This document shows, piece after piece, positions 10,482-21,006 of a stretch of 64,000 nt of DNA. Position 1 is the stretch's first letter. The number at the start of each line of letters is the position of its first letter. Origin of the DNA: a virus. Taxonomy: Duplodnaviria > Caudoviricetes. Below the pieces are notes generated by a model. It saw only the letters and a list, made by a program, of their open reading frames with translations. It did no database searches and was not told the origin of the DNA. A program made the translations under genes and the position numbers. The stretch lies in the IMG/VR virus record IMGVR_UViG_3300028797_000093. One strand, 5' to 3'.

Positions 10482-10907
10482 ATGCAGGCAACAAAGAAAA
10501 TTCACCTAAACCCGAATGGAAACATTATTAAGATTAATGGAAATATATATAGACATTATACTAGAAATCTAACTGTAAGTCTTCCCAGTATCTTCTATGC
10601 TATTAGCCATGGTGCTACAGTACATGAAGTTCTTAGTTCAGGAGATACTGTTAAGCTCACTACACAGAATTATGCTCTAGATAATGAGAAAGCTCATTGG
10701 GAAAGACTTGAAAAAGAACAAAATGAGATAAATATGGCTCAGAACACAGCAAACGTCGAAAATAACGATTTCATGCAAAATGAGGCTCCTGAGTCTATTG
10801 AATTAGATACTCTCACGAGTGACCTAAACGATAATTTTGAAAATGAAGAAAAATCTAATAAGAAAAATACTAAGAAAAGTAACTCTAAAAAGACCACTGA
10901 AGAATAA
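10482..10907 (+). CDS. Hypothetical protein
   Basis: GGAGG RBS, 141 aa. Confidence 0.65.
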   Translation: MQATKKIHLNPNGNIIKINGNIYRHYTRNLTVSLPSIFYAISHGATVHEVLSSGDTVKLTTQNYALDNEKAHWERLEKEQNEINMAQNTANVENNDFMQNEAPESIELDTLTSDLNDNFENEEKSNKKNTKKSNSKKTTEE

Positions 10908-10909
10908 TT

Positions 10910-11378
10910 AACATTTTAATAGGATCTGTTTTTTATTGTATTTTATTACAAATAATAATCAATTAGACGATTGTAAATGAAAGTTTCTGATATTTACATT
11001 ATGTCTTATGATTACTTCTATGCTTCCTCACAAGTCAAGAATCAACCATGTAATATATTCTGAAGAAAGGTGTCTATTCTTCCCAGATACTTTTATCCTC
11101 CAGATAGTTTATATGATCTAATCTTGCCTCCTCAAAACATGGTATAGATTTAGTTATAGGATAATATTGATAGGTATACAGTACTTTAGCTAGATGGTGC
11201 TTACCATAATAAAAGTAGTCTAATCTTATTATTTGTATTAATAATATAATAAGACCAGTTTTCTATAATAGATCTGCGCAATTTTCAGGCAACCCCGTCT
11301 TAAGGTTATCACCGTCTTTCCTGTTGTTACCATGACAAGAAAATAGTAGAGAAGGCATTTACCTTCTCTACTATTTTT
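10910..11378 (+). ncRNA. Candidate ORF-less transcript (sRNA)
   Basis: AACA-N6-TA at 10910-10921, no RBS-led ORF, several CCTC(C) motifs, hairpin terminator at 11341-11378. Confidence 0.35.
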
Positions 11379-11384
11379 ATTATA

Positions 11385-13763
11385 TTACATCATTTGATCT
11401 TCCTGAGGAGGATTCTGTTTAGATTCCATTAGAGCTTCATTCAAGAAGTCCTTATTCTGATCAATATTGATATAAGTACCAACAGCTTCATCCATAAGCT
11501 TCTTAAAGTACAGTCTCTTTACTTCAGGATCAGGATTTTCTCCAAGATCAATATTTACAATAGTCTCTACGTATGCTCTTGCATTCTCAATTACCTGAGT
11601 ACTGTTGGTAATATTCAAGAATACAGGAGGAGGTAGAATAACATCTACTTCTATATTCTCACTATATTCACAGTTATAGAGTTTAGTTACCATTCTTGAT
11701 AGAAATACTTCATATTGAGATTGCCTCTTGAAGATCTTTCTCAAGAACTTGATAGAAGACATAGAATATTCTGTAGCAAACTGCATAGATTGCCTGGCCT
11801 GGATGAGTTCTAGAGGAACATCTGTAGCATTTACAGCCATTTCTTCTAGAGCATTTTGTAGATCGGTATCAATCTGTGCAGGGTTTCCTTGAATAGTTTC
11901 CATTCTAATAGGAGATTCACCAGAAGAATTCTCTGGGATAATATAATCATTAAATCTACCAGTCATTCCCAGTACTGTATTGATAGATCTAAAATGTCTG
12001 ATATTCATATCATTCTTCTTAATCTGAGTAATAGTATTAAGAAGAGTTTTAGCTATATTAGTTTCTACAGTTTGCTTTACGTAGTATACTCTCTTATCAT
12101 ATCCTCTAGTCATATTCTGCAGAGCATTGGTAAGATAGTTAGCACAATAAATCTTAGCAGGCATTAAAGCTTTATCAAGATCAGAGATCCCTCTATGAGT
12201 TCTTGGATCCATTTTAAAATATACATGGATCATCTCATCTGGAGGAACAAATGTAATTCTGAGTTTACTTGTAATAGGATTATTGAAAATATCATTAGAC
12301 TTAAGAATCATATAAATCTCTTTACGAAGATCTTGGTTATTGTTTACGAATTTCTTATCAATATATTCAGATAATCTGGAAGCTAGATATCTTACAGCTT
12401 GATCCTGATGATCCATTTCTACACTATTCCAAAGAGTACCAGCTTTATCGTAGTTTGAACTTACCATAGGATCAGAAATCATACTAGTAAGACCATATAG
12501 TGTATCAAATGTAGCTCCATCTACAAGTTCTAGATAATAATATCCCATACACATATCATCAATATATATAGGACACACTTGAGTATGATCTAGTCTTTTT
12601 AGAACACAACCAGGTACATTAATCTTAGGAAGTTTCTTATCACTAATAAGACCATCACTAGCAGTTCCATCAAGACCATCATTTCTTCTCTTATTATCAG
12701 CTACACCATCAAAAGATAGATTACCTGTAATATCAGTATCTTTAAGAATCTTATCTTTAAATGGAGTATCAAGATCTGCTTTAACACTTACAGTATCTAT
12801 TACATTAGAAGCCTCGCTGAACAGAGAAGCCTCACTTATCTTCTGTAGTTTCTTATAAGCAGACTCTACACCTTTTACAGCAGAGAAGATAATATTAGAC
12901 TCATCTATTTCTACATCAATACCAAATCTTTCTTTTTCGCCAAAGATATTGGATTTCTTTTCTGTTCTAGAAGAACTACCAGTACTGATTTCAGAAGTTG
13001 ATTCTGTAATAGTAGTAAGCCTCTCACTATATACTTGAGTAGCACCTTCACTAATAGTAATAGTAGAGCCTTCCATTCTAATAGAAGCTAAAGCCGCATT
13101 AGGTTTATCTTTTAGCAATTTAGCAATAGCTTTCTTATATGGGACTATATAGATAAAGTCTTCTCCATATTTAGAAGCATTATCATATACATCAGTAACG
13201 AATGTTAGTAGATTATATACTTTCTTTAAACTGTCAGTCCTGCTCTTGAATAGCATCTCATCGTCAATATTTTCTGTTTTCATACTCAAAAAATCTTTAG
13301 AGAAATGCTCTGCACAAAGTACATTATCTCTCTTAGTATCAAGAGCTTCCTGAAGTTTAGGCATGTATTTACAGACACTATCAATCTCATCATCCAATTC
13401 TCTGAGATAAGTGTTCTGCATAAAAGACTCTTCAAGTCCATCAACTATTGGATTATTATCAAAGATCTCTTCTAGATCTTTACCCCTCATAGTAGGACTA
13501 TTCTTAGCTTTTGAAGTATTTGCCAGTCTAGTATAGAGTTTAGAGATATTGGGTACTCCTACAGTATCCATATTATTATTTACGATAGCATTAATGCTAC
13601 CATTAATCTTCTTATTAAGAGCATTAATAGCACCATCATTATCATCAGGAGAATAGTATGTATATTTACTGATACTATTCATTATATTATCAACAGCAGA
13701 CTTGCTTTTATTCAATTTATTAAAATTGATATTTGAATTATCATTGTTAGGCATCTCTTTCAC
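11385..13763 (-). CDS. Portal protein
   Basis: C-terminal half resembles T4 gp20-type portals (KRVYYV...DYIIP..SGESPIRMETIQG); 792 aa; promoter motif at 13789-13800. Confidence 0.7.
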   Translation of the reverse strand: MKEMPNNDNSNINFNKLNKSKSAVDNIMNSISKYTYYSPDDNDGAINALNKKINGSINAIVNNNMDTVGVPNISKLYTRLANTSKAKNSPTMRGKDLEEIFDNNPIVDGLEESFMQNTYLRELDDEIDSVCKYMPKLQEALDTKRDNVLCAEHFSKDFLSMKTENIDDEMLFKSRTDSLKKVYNLLTFVTDVYDNASKYGEDFIYIVPYKKAIAKLLKDKPNAALASIRMEGSTITISEGATQVYSERLTTITESTSEISTGSSSRTEKKSNIFGEKERFGIDVEIDESNIIFSAVKGVESAYKKLQKISEASLFSEASNVIDTVSVKADLDTPFKDKILKDTDITGNLSFDGVADNKRRNDGLDGTASDGLISDKKLPKINVPGCVLKRLDHTQVCPIYIDDMCMGYYYLELVDGATFDTLYGLTSMISDPMVSSNYDKAGTLWNSVEMDHQDQAVRYLASRLSEYIDKKFVNNNQDLRKEIYMILKSNDIFNNPITSKLRITFVPPDEMIHVYFKMDPRTHRGISDLDKALMPAKIYCANYLTNALQNMTRGYDKRVYYVKQTVETNIAKTLLNTITQIKKNDMNIRHFRSINTVLGMTGRFNDYIIPENSSGESPIRMETIQGNPAQIDTDLQNALEEMAVNATDVPLELIQARQSMQFATEYSMSSIKFLRKIFKRQSQYEVFLSRMVTKLYNCEYSENIEVDVILPPPVFLNITNSTQVIENARAYVETIVNIDLGENPDPEVKRLYFKKLMDEAVGTYINIDQNKDFLNEALMESKQNPPQEDQMM

Positions 13764-13872
13764 CTCTGATATTGATACTTTGATTATTTATTATCATGTT
13801 GAGCCAATTCAATTAGAATAAATTACAAAAAATAAATAAGGGACAGAACTGTAGAGTCTGTCCCTTTATCTT

Positions 13873-14088
13873 TTACATCTTTACAAATGGAACATCAGGA
13901 AGTTTAATTTCTGTCTCTGCTGCTGTTTTTATCATTTTCATCTCTATTTCTTCAAGCCGTTCAATAGCATCAGAGATATATTTTGCTTCTGATAAACATC
14001 CTTTAAGAGATAAACTCTCAGCTACCCAGAATATATCTTTCTCATCGTCTTTTGATACAGCTCTATATACCTTAAAAGGATAAAGCAT
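13873..14088 (-). CDS. HicB-like antitoxin-fold protein (orphan)
   Basis: YPFKVY...FWVAESLSLKGCLSEA...AIERL matches the HicB N-terminal pattern; AGGAG RBS. Confidence 0.6.
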   Translation of the reverse strand: MLYPFKVYRAVSKDDEKDIFWVAESLSLKGCLSEAKYISDAIERLEEIEMKMIKTAAETEIKLPDVPFVKM

Positions 14089-14100
14089 ATGATTTCTCCT

Positions 14101-14934
14101 TTATATTAGATTGATAAAGATCATATATGTACTACAGACATGTTTTTTCTTTCTTATTACATCTATTTTCATATAGAATAGATCTTGATCTGTAGAATTT
14201 TGTTTTATTACATCTAAAATATTTATATTAATCTTATCATTCTTTTTAAACTGAGAGATTCCTTTATAGAGAATAAAGATATACTTCTTACCATTAGAAG
14301 GATTTTGTACAATGAATTTAGAAGCACCATCTGTAACTCTTCCTGTAGTCATAGATGTGAACTGTTCATTCTCATCAAATCCTGTAATGGTAAATACTTC
14401 ATCACTTCTTCTACTAAACTCATAATCTATAGATATGAATTTATAGATTATATCTACATATGCTTGTATATATCCACCTATAAATGGATCATTTCTATTT
14501 ATTTTGAAATGATCAATTATAGCCCCAGTGGAATCAACCAAGAAATTACTTTTATTAATATACAATCCTTCCTTGGTAGAATTCTCTTCTGAGACTATAT
14601 ATTCTCCATTATATAGATAATAATATCCTTCTTTATTAAATCCTAAACTATTGAGCATATTGATTCCTGTAGGAGTCTTTAACTCCTGACTGGATATCAA
14701 GAACATCATATCGCAATATCCTGTATCTAGATCTATCTTATTCAATATATATCCATTATAGTTTAGTATATATAGACTATTCAAATATACTACATAAAGA
14801 TCAGCTGATTTGAATGAAGTTGCTTTAGTAATAATATCATTCAAACCAGTGATCTGTATTACCTTCTTATTAAATACACTAAGAGGGTTTACTATATTCT
14901 TATTAGGCTCCATAGTGTTGATTTCCTGCAACAT
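14101..14934 (-). CDS. Hypothetical protein downstream of the DNA polymerase
   Basis: 277-aa ORF overlapping the polymerase stop. Confidence 0.7.
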   Translation of the reverse strand: MLQEINTMEPNKNIVNPLSVFNKKVIQITGLNDIITKATSFKSADLYVVYLNSLYILNYNGYILNKIDLDTGYCDMMFLISSQELKTPTGINMLNSLGFNKEGYYYLYNGEYIVSEENSTKEGLYINKSNFLVDSTGAIIDHFKINRNDPFIGGYIQAYVDIIYKFISIDYEFSRRSDEVFTITGFDENEQFTSMTTGRVTDGASKFIVQNPSNGKKYIFILYKGISQFKKNDKININILDVIKQNSTDQDLFYMKIDVIRKKKHVCSTYMIFINLI

Positions 14935-16864
14935 GGTCTAATAGTCCTTTCAAATCACTTCTATCCCAATCCTTAGCAGATTCTAATACAGTAATAAGTT
15001 GATCTTTCTCTTCTACACTAAGAGGTTCCATCATCTTATCATACTCTTCAGCATCATATAGAGGAATGAGATATCCATGTTCATCGAGATTCTCTATATA
15101 CATAAGAGGCTTTCTAATATGAGTAAAGTAATATTCTATATCTTCAAATAGAGTTCTATAATCAGCAAGTCCAAACCATCTATGGAAGAATTCCAACCAT
15201 ACATGAGAATGGAAGTCTGCTACGAATGCTCCAGATCTTGTCCACTTATCATCATTTAGAATATTTTCATTAGGATTCACTTGTTCTGGAATTTCTATCA
15301 TTCCTATCTGAGTATTAGGTGCCATATTAAACTCCATCAACTCAGACGGATACATAGATTTATAATCGAAGTCTACAGCATTAGAGAATACATATATAGG
15401 TACACCACATACTTTAATTTTACTATAAGAATTTAGTTTAGCTGGATCTGCTACAAATGCACCTGGATACTTAGTTGTAGGAGCTGATGTGTTCTTATTA
15501 TAGTTATTACCCATAATAAAATCACTATTCTTAAACTCTTTAGCTCCTCTATTTGTAAGATACACAGTCTGTCTATGACACTTAGAATATCTGGTATCAT
15601 TAGATAGACACTTAGTAAATACATATTCTACATCTTGAGACTTTACTTCAACACAGTTCTGTACTATAGTATCAAATATATTATAGAATACGAATACTTT
15701 ATAATTTGCTCTAGGAAGTTCTCCGATATTGGAACAGATATCTTTATAGTTTACTTTATTAACTTTAGCAACTGCTCCACCAATATAGTCAAGAGAGAAA
15801 GATGGGAATGCACTCTGAGATTTTCTTCTTGATGCAAACTGGATCATTTGATCTAGAAATACACTATAAGAAGATATCTGAGCATAGTCTCCTCTTTCTG
15901 CAAATTCATCCTTAACTCTTTCATCTACGAAATAATAGACTATCTTATTCTTAAAATCAGGATGACACATAATGTCTTCTGGATTATATCCCAGTCTTTT
16001 GATTCTCTCAATGATATATGGAATATCAAATGCCATATTCCATGCGAGTACGAAATCTGGCTTGAATGTATTGATAGCCATAAATAGATCTTGGATAAGC
16101 TTAATCTCATCCTTCTCGTCATAGAATAAGATATTATATTCATACTTATCAAGACCCATAGATTTAAACTTCTCTAATCCACCTACATTCTCTACAATGA
16201 ATGGAATGAGTTCTTTAAATATAGAACCATCTTTAACTTGAGCTTTAAACTCATCAATCTGTGGATTATTATGATCTTCTAATAGAAAAGTATAGACTTT
16301 ATTTTCATCTTTGAAAATGATAGTTACAGCATTGATAGGACATTCACCCATCTCTGGGAAGTCTCCTGCCATATTAATAGTATCACTTTCAATATCAAAG
16401 AATGCTTTAGTAACCTTTACAGCTTTATTAGTATACTGCTCTGCAAATAATCTTCTATAATAATCTTCTATATGAACATCACTAGCAAATATATCTGGAT
16501 GTTTATGAAGAGCTTCATTAGCTCTTCTATTACCAGACTCTACATTATTCATAAAGAACTGCATATTACCAGTTCTCTGAGCTATATCTTTAAGTAAAGC
16601 AGAATATTTACAAGTACAAGCGTCTACTTGATCTTTATTTATAAATAATCTATTATATTGGGCTCTATATTCAGGCTTAGCAATATAATATGTATAAGAT
16701 GGTTCTCTGATCTCATACATTTTCTTTTCACCAGATTTATTATCTCTATATACTAGAGTTAAACAGTCTTTTGTATAATTACCATTAATGTCTTTTCTGG
16801 ATTTGATATAAAAATCATTAATTAGAGTTAAGTCTGATCCATTTTCATAACCTGGAATGAGCAT
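14903..16864 (-). CDS. Family-B DNA polymerase, N-terminal subunit (3'-5' exonuclease + motif A) of a split polymerase
   Basis: Exo motifs FDIESD, AWNMAFD, YNIFD and motif A DFDYKSMYPS; motifs B and C (YGDTDS) are absent. Confidence 0.85.
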   Translation of the reverse strand: MLIPGYENGSDLTLINDFYIKSRKDINGNYTKDCLTLVYRDNKSGEKKMYEIREPSYTYYIAKPEYRAQYNRLFINKDQVDACTCKYSALLKDIAQRTGNMQFFMNNVESGNRRANEALHKHPDIFASDVHIEDYYRRLFAEQYTNKAVKVTKAFFDIESDTINMAGDFPEMGECPINAVTIIFKDENKVYTFLLEDHNNPQIDEFKAQVKDGSIFKELIPFIVENVGGLEKFKSMGLDKYEYNILFYDEKDEIKLIQDLFMAINTFKPDFVLAWNMAFDIPYIIERIKRLGYNPEDIMCHPDFKNKIVYYFVDERVKDEFAERGDYAQISSYSVFLDQMIQFASRRKSQSAFPSFSLDYIGGAVAKVNKVNYKDICSNIGELPRANYKVFVFYNIFDTIVQNCVEVKSQDVEYVFTKCLSNDTRYSKCHRQTVYLTNRGAKEFKNSDFIMGNNYNKNTSAPTTKYPGAFVADPAKLNSYSKIKVCGVPIYVFSNAVDFDYKSMYPSELMEFNMAPNTQIGMIEIPEQVNPNENILNDDKWTRSGAFVADFHSHVWLEFFHRWFGLADYRTLFEDIEYYFTHIRKPLMYIENLDEHGYLIPLYDAEEYDKMMEPLSVEEKDQLITVLESAKDWDRSDLKGLLDHVAGNQHYGA

Positions 16865-16993
16865 ATCTAACCTCCATGAGTTAATACATATCTTTTATTC
16901 TTTTGTTTTTCTAATATTACTAAAATAAAATATACTCTTATTAGCATTACATATCTATATTATATATAAGAAAATAAATTTAATCATTATAGT

Positions 16994-17769
16994 TTTAAAT
17001 GATAGTGTGGCGCCAGGACCCCAACCAGCATAACCAGCAGAACCACTGAGACCAACACAAGAGAAACCACAAAATAGGCCAACACCACAGTAACCACCAC
17101 GAAGACTATAGTGAGTACCACTACTTTGATAAAAATAATATCATAAGTTAAATGATAGGGCGGCGCCAAAGCCCCAGCCGGCAAGACCAGAGCCGCCGTC
17201 GAGGCCAACAAAGAAAACGCCACAATAGAGCCCAGAGGTAGAACGACCACCACGAAGAGCATAATGACTACCACTACTTTGAGCAAAATAATCACAATAA
17301 AAAGAAGAGTTTTAAATGATAGGGCGGCGCCAATGTACCAGCTGGCAAAACCAGAGCCGCTGTAGAGATTAACAAAGAAAACGCCACAATAGAAGCCATT
17401 ACTAGAGGCACCACCACGAATAGCATAATGGGTACCACTACTTTGATAAAAATAATACACATATAGTTTAAATGATAGGGCGGCGCCACGGGCCCAGTCG
17501 GTATAACCAGAGCCGACGCTGAGAGCAACATAGAAAGCACCACAATAGAGTCCACGGTTCGAGAGACCACCACGAAGACTATAGTGAGTGCCACTACTTT
17601 GAGAAAAATAATCACAATAAAAAACATATAGTTTAAATGATAGGGCAGCGCCATGAGACCAGGCGGTCGCACCTGAATGGTTACTGAGAATAACAAATGC
17701 GAAACCACAAAAAACACCATTGCCCGAGTAACCATCACGAAGAGCATATGTAGTACTCGTAGCTTTATA
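16994..17769 (-). repeat. VR-like cassette array B, five cassettes: 17632-17769, 17467-17624, 17311-17457, 17148-17306, 16994-17140
   Basis: Head-to-tail units, each homologous to the last ~45-52 codons of the DGR target genes and ending in TCATTTAA(A). Confidence 0.95.
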
Positions 17770-17796
17770 TATTATCTTTTATGAAAAATAATTTAT

Positions 17797-17925
17797 AACA
17801 TTTTAGTAATCGGGTTCATGTACGGATACTTCCTCTCTTCTTCTTGTGTCGGGTCATCTCTCATGATACTTCCTGCTGATGAAACAGAGTACTACCTCCG
17901 GAGTAGTACTCTGCTTCATTTTTTG
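17797..17925 (+). ncRNA. Candidate small RNA
   Basis: AACA-N6-TA at 17797-17808, pyrimidine-rich body (TACTTCCTCTCTTCTTC), terminator CAGAGTACTAC..GTAGTACTCTG with T-tail. Confidence 0.4.
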
Positions 17926-17973
17926 TTAAAAAAAAATAAGAGTAGACTGTAATTAGTCTACTCTTATATTGTT

Positions 17974-19831
17974 TCATATTAGTAGTATATATAGTAATAC
18001 TTCTTCTATAATCAACTCAGGTATTACATCTATAATCTTACCATTAAGATCTTTATCATAGTAATCTATGATTTGGAACTCTGATGTGAGTATCTGAGCA
18101 ATTATATTCTGAATGTACTTTTCTATTTTCTCACTCTTATATTTCTCTTTAACTTTTTCCCATAGTTCAGAAGATTCTAGCTTGATTAGTTCTTTCTTAT
18201 TTATATTTCTTCTGGATGCCAATCTTACTATTTTACTACTGATAATATAGGGTAAGATTACAAGAGAGTTAGCTTCCAATATCTTTTTAGAAGATATGAT
18301 AAGCTTAATATAATCATCTAGATTAATAGCTTTGGTAGATTGAGGATCTCCAAAGTATTTATAGAATAGATTAAATACAAGAGTTTTCTGAAACTCATTT
18401 ATTACAGGTCTATAAGCACTATCAGATAGATTCTTTTTATAGAATGCTATTTCGTCTATATTAAAAGGACCAAACTTCATCTCTATCATCTGCATAGTAC
18501 TCTTAGCAGATACATCAGTCTGAATGATAAGAGATTCATCTTGTTTAGCCAGAAAAGATTCAAACTTATCAAATTCACTGTTATTATCTAGATCTCTTTT
18601 ACTACTACTGAGAGGTATATATGAGAACTCATATTCTATCAAATGTCTTCATATAGGGTCGTTAATCCTATACCGTTCTTAATAAAGAACTGCTCTATGT
18701 TTCCATAGAAGTTGAGACTATATCTTCATCTCTATTGTAGAGATGCCTCCCATTTTCATCCACTTGGATTACTCTAGTCGTTGAACTTTCCATATACAAT
18801 ATGGCTTAGCTGCTGGTTGCCCATTGTTAGTAAACCTTAGAGTTTCCTCATAGTTCATCCTTCTATTTGTTTCTGTCTTTCGACTCCTATAATATAGGCT
18901 AGAAGGCTCTTAGGGGTTTCCAGCAATTAGAGAGGTTTGCATTTAGTATCACTACTAAATGGGACATAACTCTATCCAGAACTTGGTACCCTGTACTTCT
19001 CAGTATAGATTTGTAATTAAAGTGAACTAGATTAAGAGAGTATTTATACTTAGGAACGATATTAATCAGGATATTTTTACAACACTCAAGAGCATGTGTA
19101 GTAATATTATTACCACGAATATCCTGTAGATTCCATAATGTTTTATTTCTTCTTTCAGATTGAATTACATTAGAGATTGCTGTCTCATATATCTTATTAT
19201 ATATATCAGCATCAAACTTACTGAGAAGAATATCATATATAGATAGAAGAAACTCAGTAGTATTATGAGGATGTCGATACATATAATGACATAGAAGAGG
19301 TATAATGATATTCATAATAAGACTGATCTTCATCAGCATCATAGCATGTCTATCATTATACTGAAGGTTAGGATTATTCTTATTAACCCAATTAAGATGT
19401 AGAGAATAATTATCTCTATTCATCAATCCTGCTTTGTAGAATATACTGCCAGACATGAAGTACTTATCAATGTCATAGAAGAAAGCATCTACAGAATAAG
19501 CAGGTTCGTAATCTATTAGATACTTAATAGTGTAATATATTAGAAGTAACTCATGTTCTTTATCATAGAACTTTTCAAAATAATTCATATAACGAGTCAT
19601 ATGTTCTGTCATATCAGGAGTACCATATGATCTCTTAACTTTCAATACAAAAGTATCTAAATCTAGATTAGGAGTCTCCATATTAAAATACTCTGATATA
19701 TTTAATAGGATAGCTCCTTTAGTATATCTAAAGATAATATCTTCCTCATCAGGAATCCACTCATCCACAGGGATAAACTTCTGAGGTTCATATATTTTAT
19801 CTTCTAATGGGTTTATTAAAGATTCGGCCAT
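17974..19831 (-). CDS. Sigma-like promoter-specificity subunit of the non-virion RNA polymerase (AR9 gp226-like); two exons, 19831-18974 and 18639-17974
   Basis: Spliced product ~507 aa, in frame (YQVLD|IEYEFSY). Motifs KRSY, LMKISLIMNIIIPLLC, NKIYE, SYIPL and terminal EEVLLYILLI resemble AR9 gp226 as I recall it; needs HMM confirmation. Confidence 0.7.
18640..18973 (-). ncRNA. Group I self-splicing intron (334 nt, no internal ORF)
   Basis: P AATTGCTGGAAA (18917-18928), Q AACCAGCAGC (18809-18818), R GTTCAACGACTAGA (18773-18786), S AAGATATAGTCT (18715-18726). P1 pairs GGAU with GUCC, giving U.G at the 5' splice site; terminal G; removal restores the frame. Confidence 0.92.
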
Positions 19832-19930
19832 CTTTATCAACCTCCAGTAAGAAATTACAACTCTATACTATACTGTTGAAAATCTATTTAATATTAAATA
19901 TAGGACTATAGATCTTTTTAAATAACTAGA

Positions 19931-20470
19931 TTAATCATCATATCCAAGTTTATAATTACATATCTCTTCATCAATAGGAATTTTATCATCTTTTGTAATT
20001 CTACATATAGTATAGTTATCAAAGCAAAATAGAAGATTTTGTTTGAAAAATCTTTTATGTTTATTTTTTATCATGTCAAGTGTTTCTATAAATGGTCTCA
20101 TAAAATCATCATAATTAATATTAATTATTTTATTAGAAGAATCATTTTTAAAGAATATCTTGATAATACTATTAAGATATTCATTTAACTTATTAGACAA
20201 ATTATTATATTTATATTCATAATCTGATAGTTTAGATTCTAGTTCATCAATTCTAGCTTTATAATCCTCAATGTCTCCTTCAAGTATAGTTATATATTGT
20301 TCTAATTCAAATGTAGTTTTATTAGAATTATCTTTTCTATCAGAAGTTATAGATCCTCTTAATTTTCTAAGTTCATTAACCAATTCTTTACCTGTTATAT
20401 CAGACATAACAGGAATCAATTTTTGCCTTTTGTCAGTTATATCAAATCCAACGAAATTAACTTTACTCAT
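19931..20470 (-). CDS. Hypothetical coiled-coil protein
   Basis: 179-aa ORF in the minus-strand operon. Confidence 0.65.
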   Translation of the reverse strand: MSKVNFVGFDITDKRQKLIPVMSDITGKELVNELRKLRGSITSDRKDNSNKTTFELEQYITILEGDIEDYKARIDELESKLSDYEYKYNNLSNKLNEYLNSIIKIFFKNDSSNKIININYDDFMRPFIETLDMIKNKHKRFFKQNLLFCFDNYTICRITKDDKIPIDEEICNYKLGYDD

Positions 20471-20487
20471 ACTAATGCACTTCCTTA

Positions 20488-21006
20488 TTAACTAATAAGA
20501 TACTTATAGTATTCTCTTATAGATTTAAATGCACGAGTAGCCAACTTTCTTTCTTTAGGATTTATAGTAGAAGGATCTAATGCTGTATAACCATTATTCT
20601 TACTATAGTTTCTAACTGAAATTATAAAATTAGATATATACCTTAATGTCTCATTTTTATAAATATATACAGGAACATTTCCTGAAGTAGAAAAATCCAT
20701 TTCTTTATAATTCTTTCTGATAAAACCTTCATCATATTTAATTCTGATACCATTTACTATACCATTAAAATTATCTATAATACGATCTGCTACGTTATCA
20801 AAATCTCTCAATAATTCTTCATATTGATTACATTTATGAACTAACTCTGCATATTTCTGTTCAAAATAATCAGCTTTCTCTTGAGCTTCTTTAAGTTGTT
20901 CTCTAAGAGTTTTCTCTTCTTTAAGAGATTCTACACTTTCTCCAATTCTATTAATATTAGTATATAAGAGATCAATATGAGTTGTATCCGGAATTACGTC
21001 AGCCAT
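20488..21006 (-). CDS. Hypothetical coiled-coil protein
   Basis: 172-aa ORF, GAGGTG RBS. Confidence 0.65.
   Translation of the reverse strand: MADVIPDTTHIDLLYTNINRIGESVESLKEEKTLREQLKEAQEKADYFEQKYAELVHKCNQYEELLRDFDNVADRIIDNFNGIVNGIRIKYDEGFIRKNYKEMDFSTSGNVPVYIYKNETLRYISNFIISVRNYSKNNGYTALDPSTINPKERKLATRAFKSIREYYKYLIS

Noticed and set aside
16987-17747. ORF-track proteins over the arrays (16987-17460, 17292-17747, 48525-49135, 55607-55915)
   Set aside because: No RBS; they change frame between cassettes and stay open only because the A-poor cores lack stop codons.
16994-17769. Cassette arrays read as CRISPR arrays
   Set aside because: The apparent spacers are ~100 bp, homologous to each other and to the DGR VR; the repeats are two different arms; no cas operon is present (the Cas4-like nuclease is a common phage gene).
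18899-18973. C-terminus RVMSHLVVILNANLSNCWKPLRAF of ORF 18899-19840
   Set aside because: Read-through into the group I intron, not real protein sequence.
17974-19877. Uracil-containing genome as in AR9/PBS1
   Set aside because: The sigma-like subunit and promoter motif are AR9-like, but base modification cannot be read from sequence and no diagnostic nucleotide-metabolism gene lies in the window.
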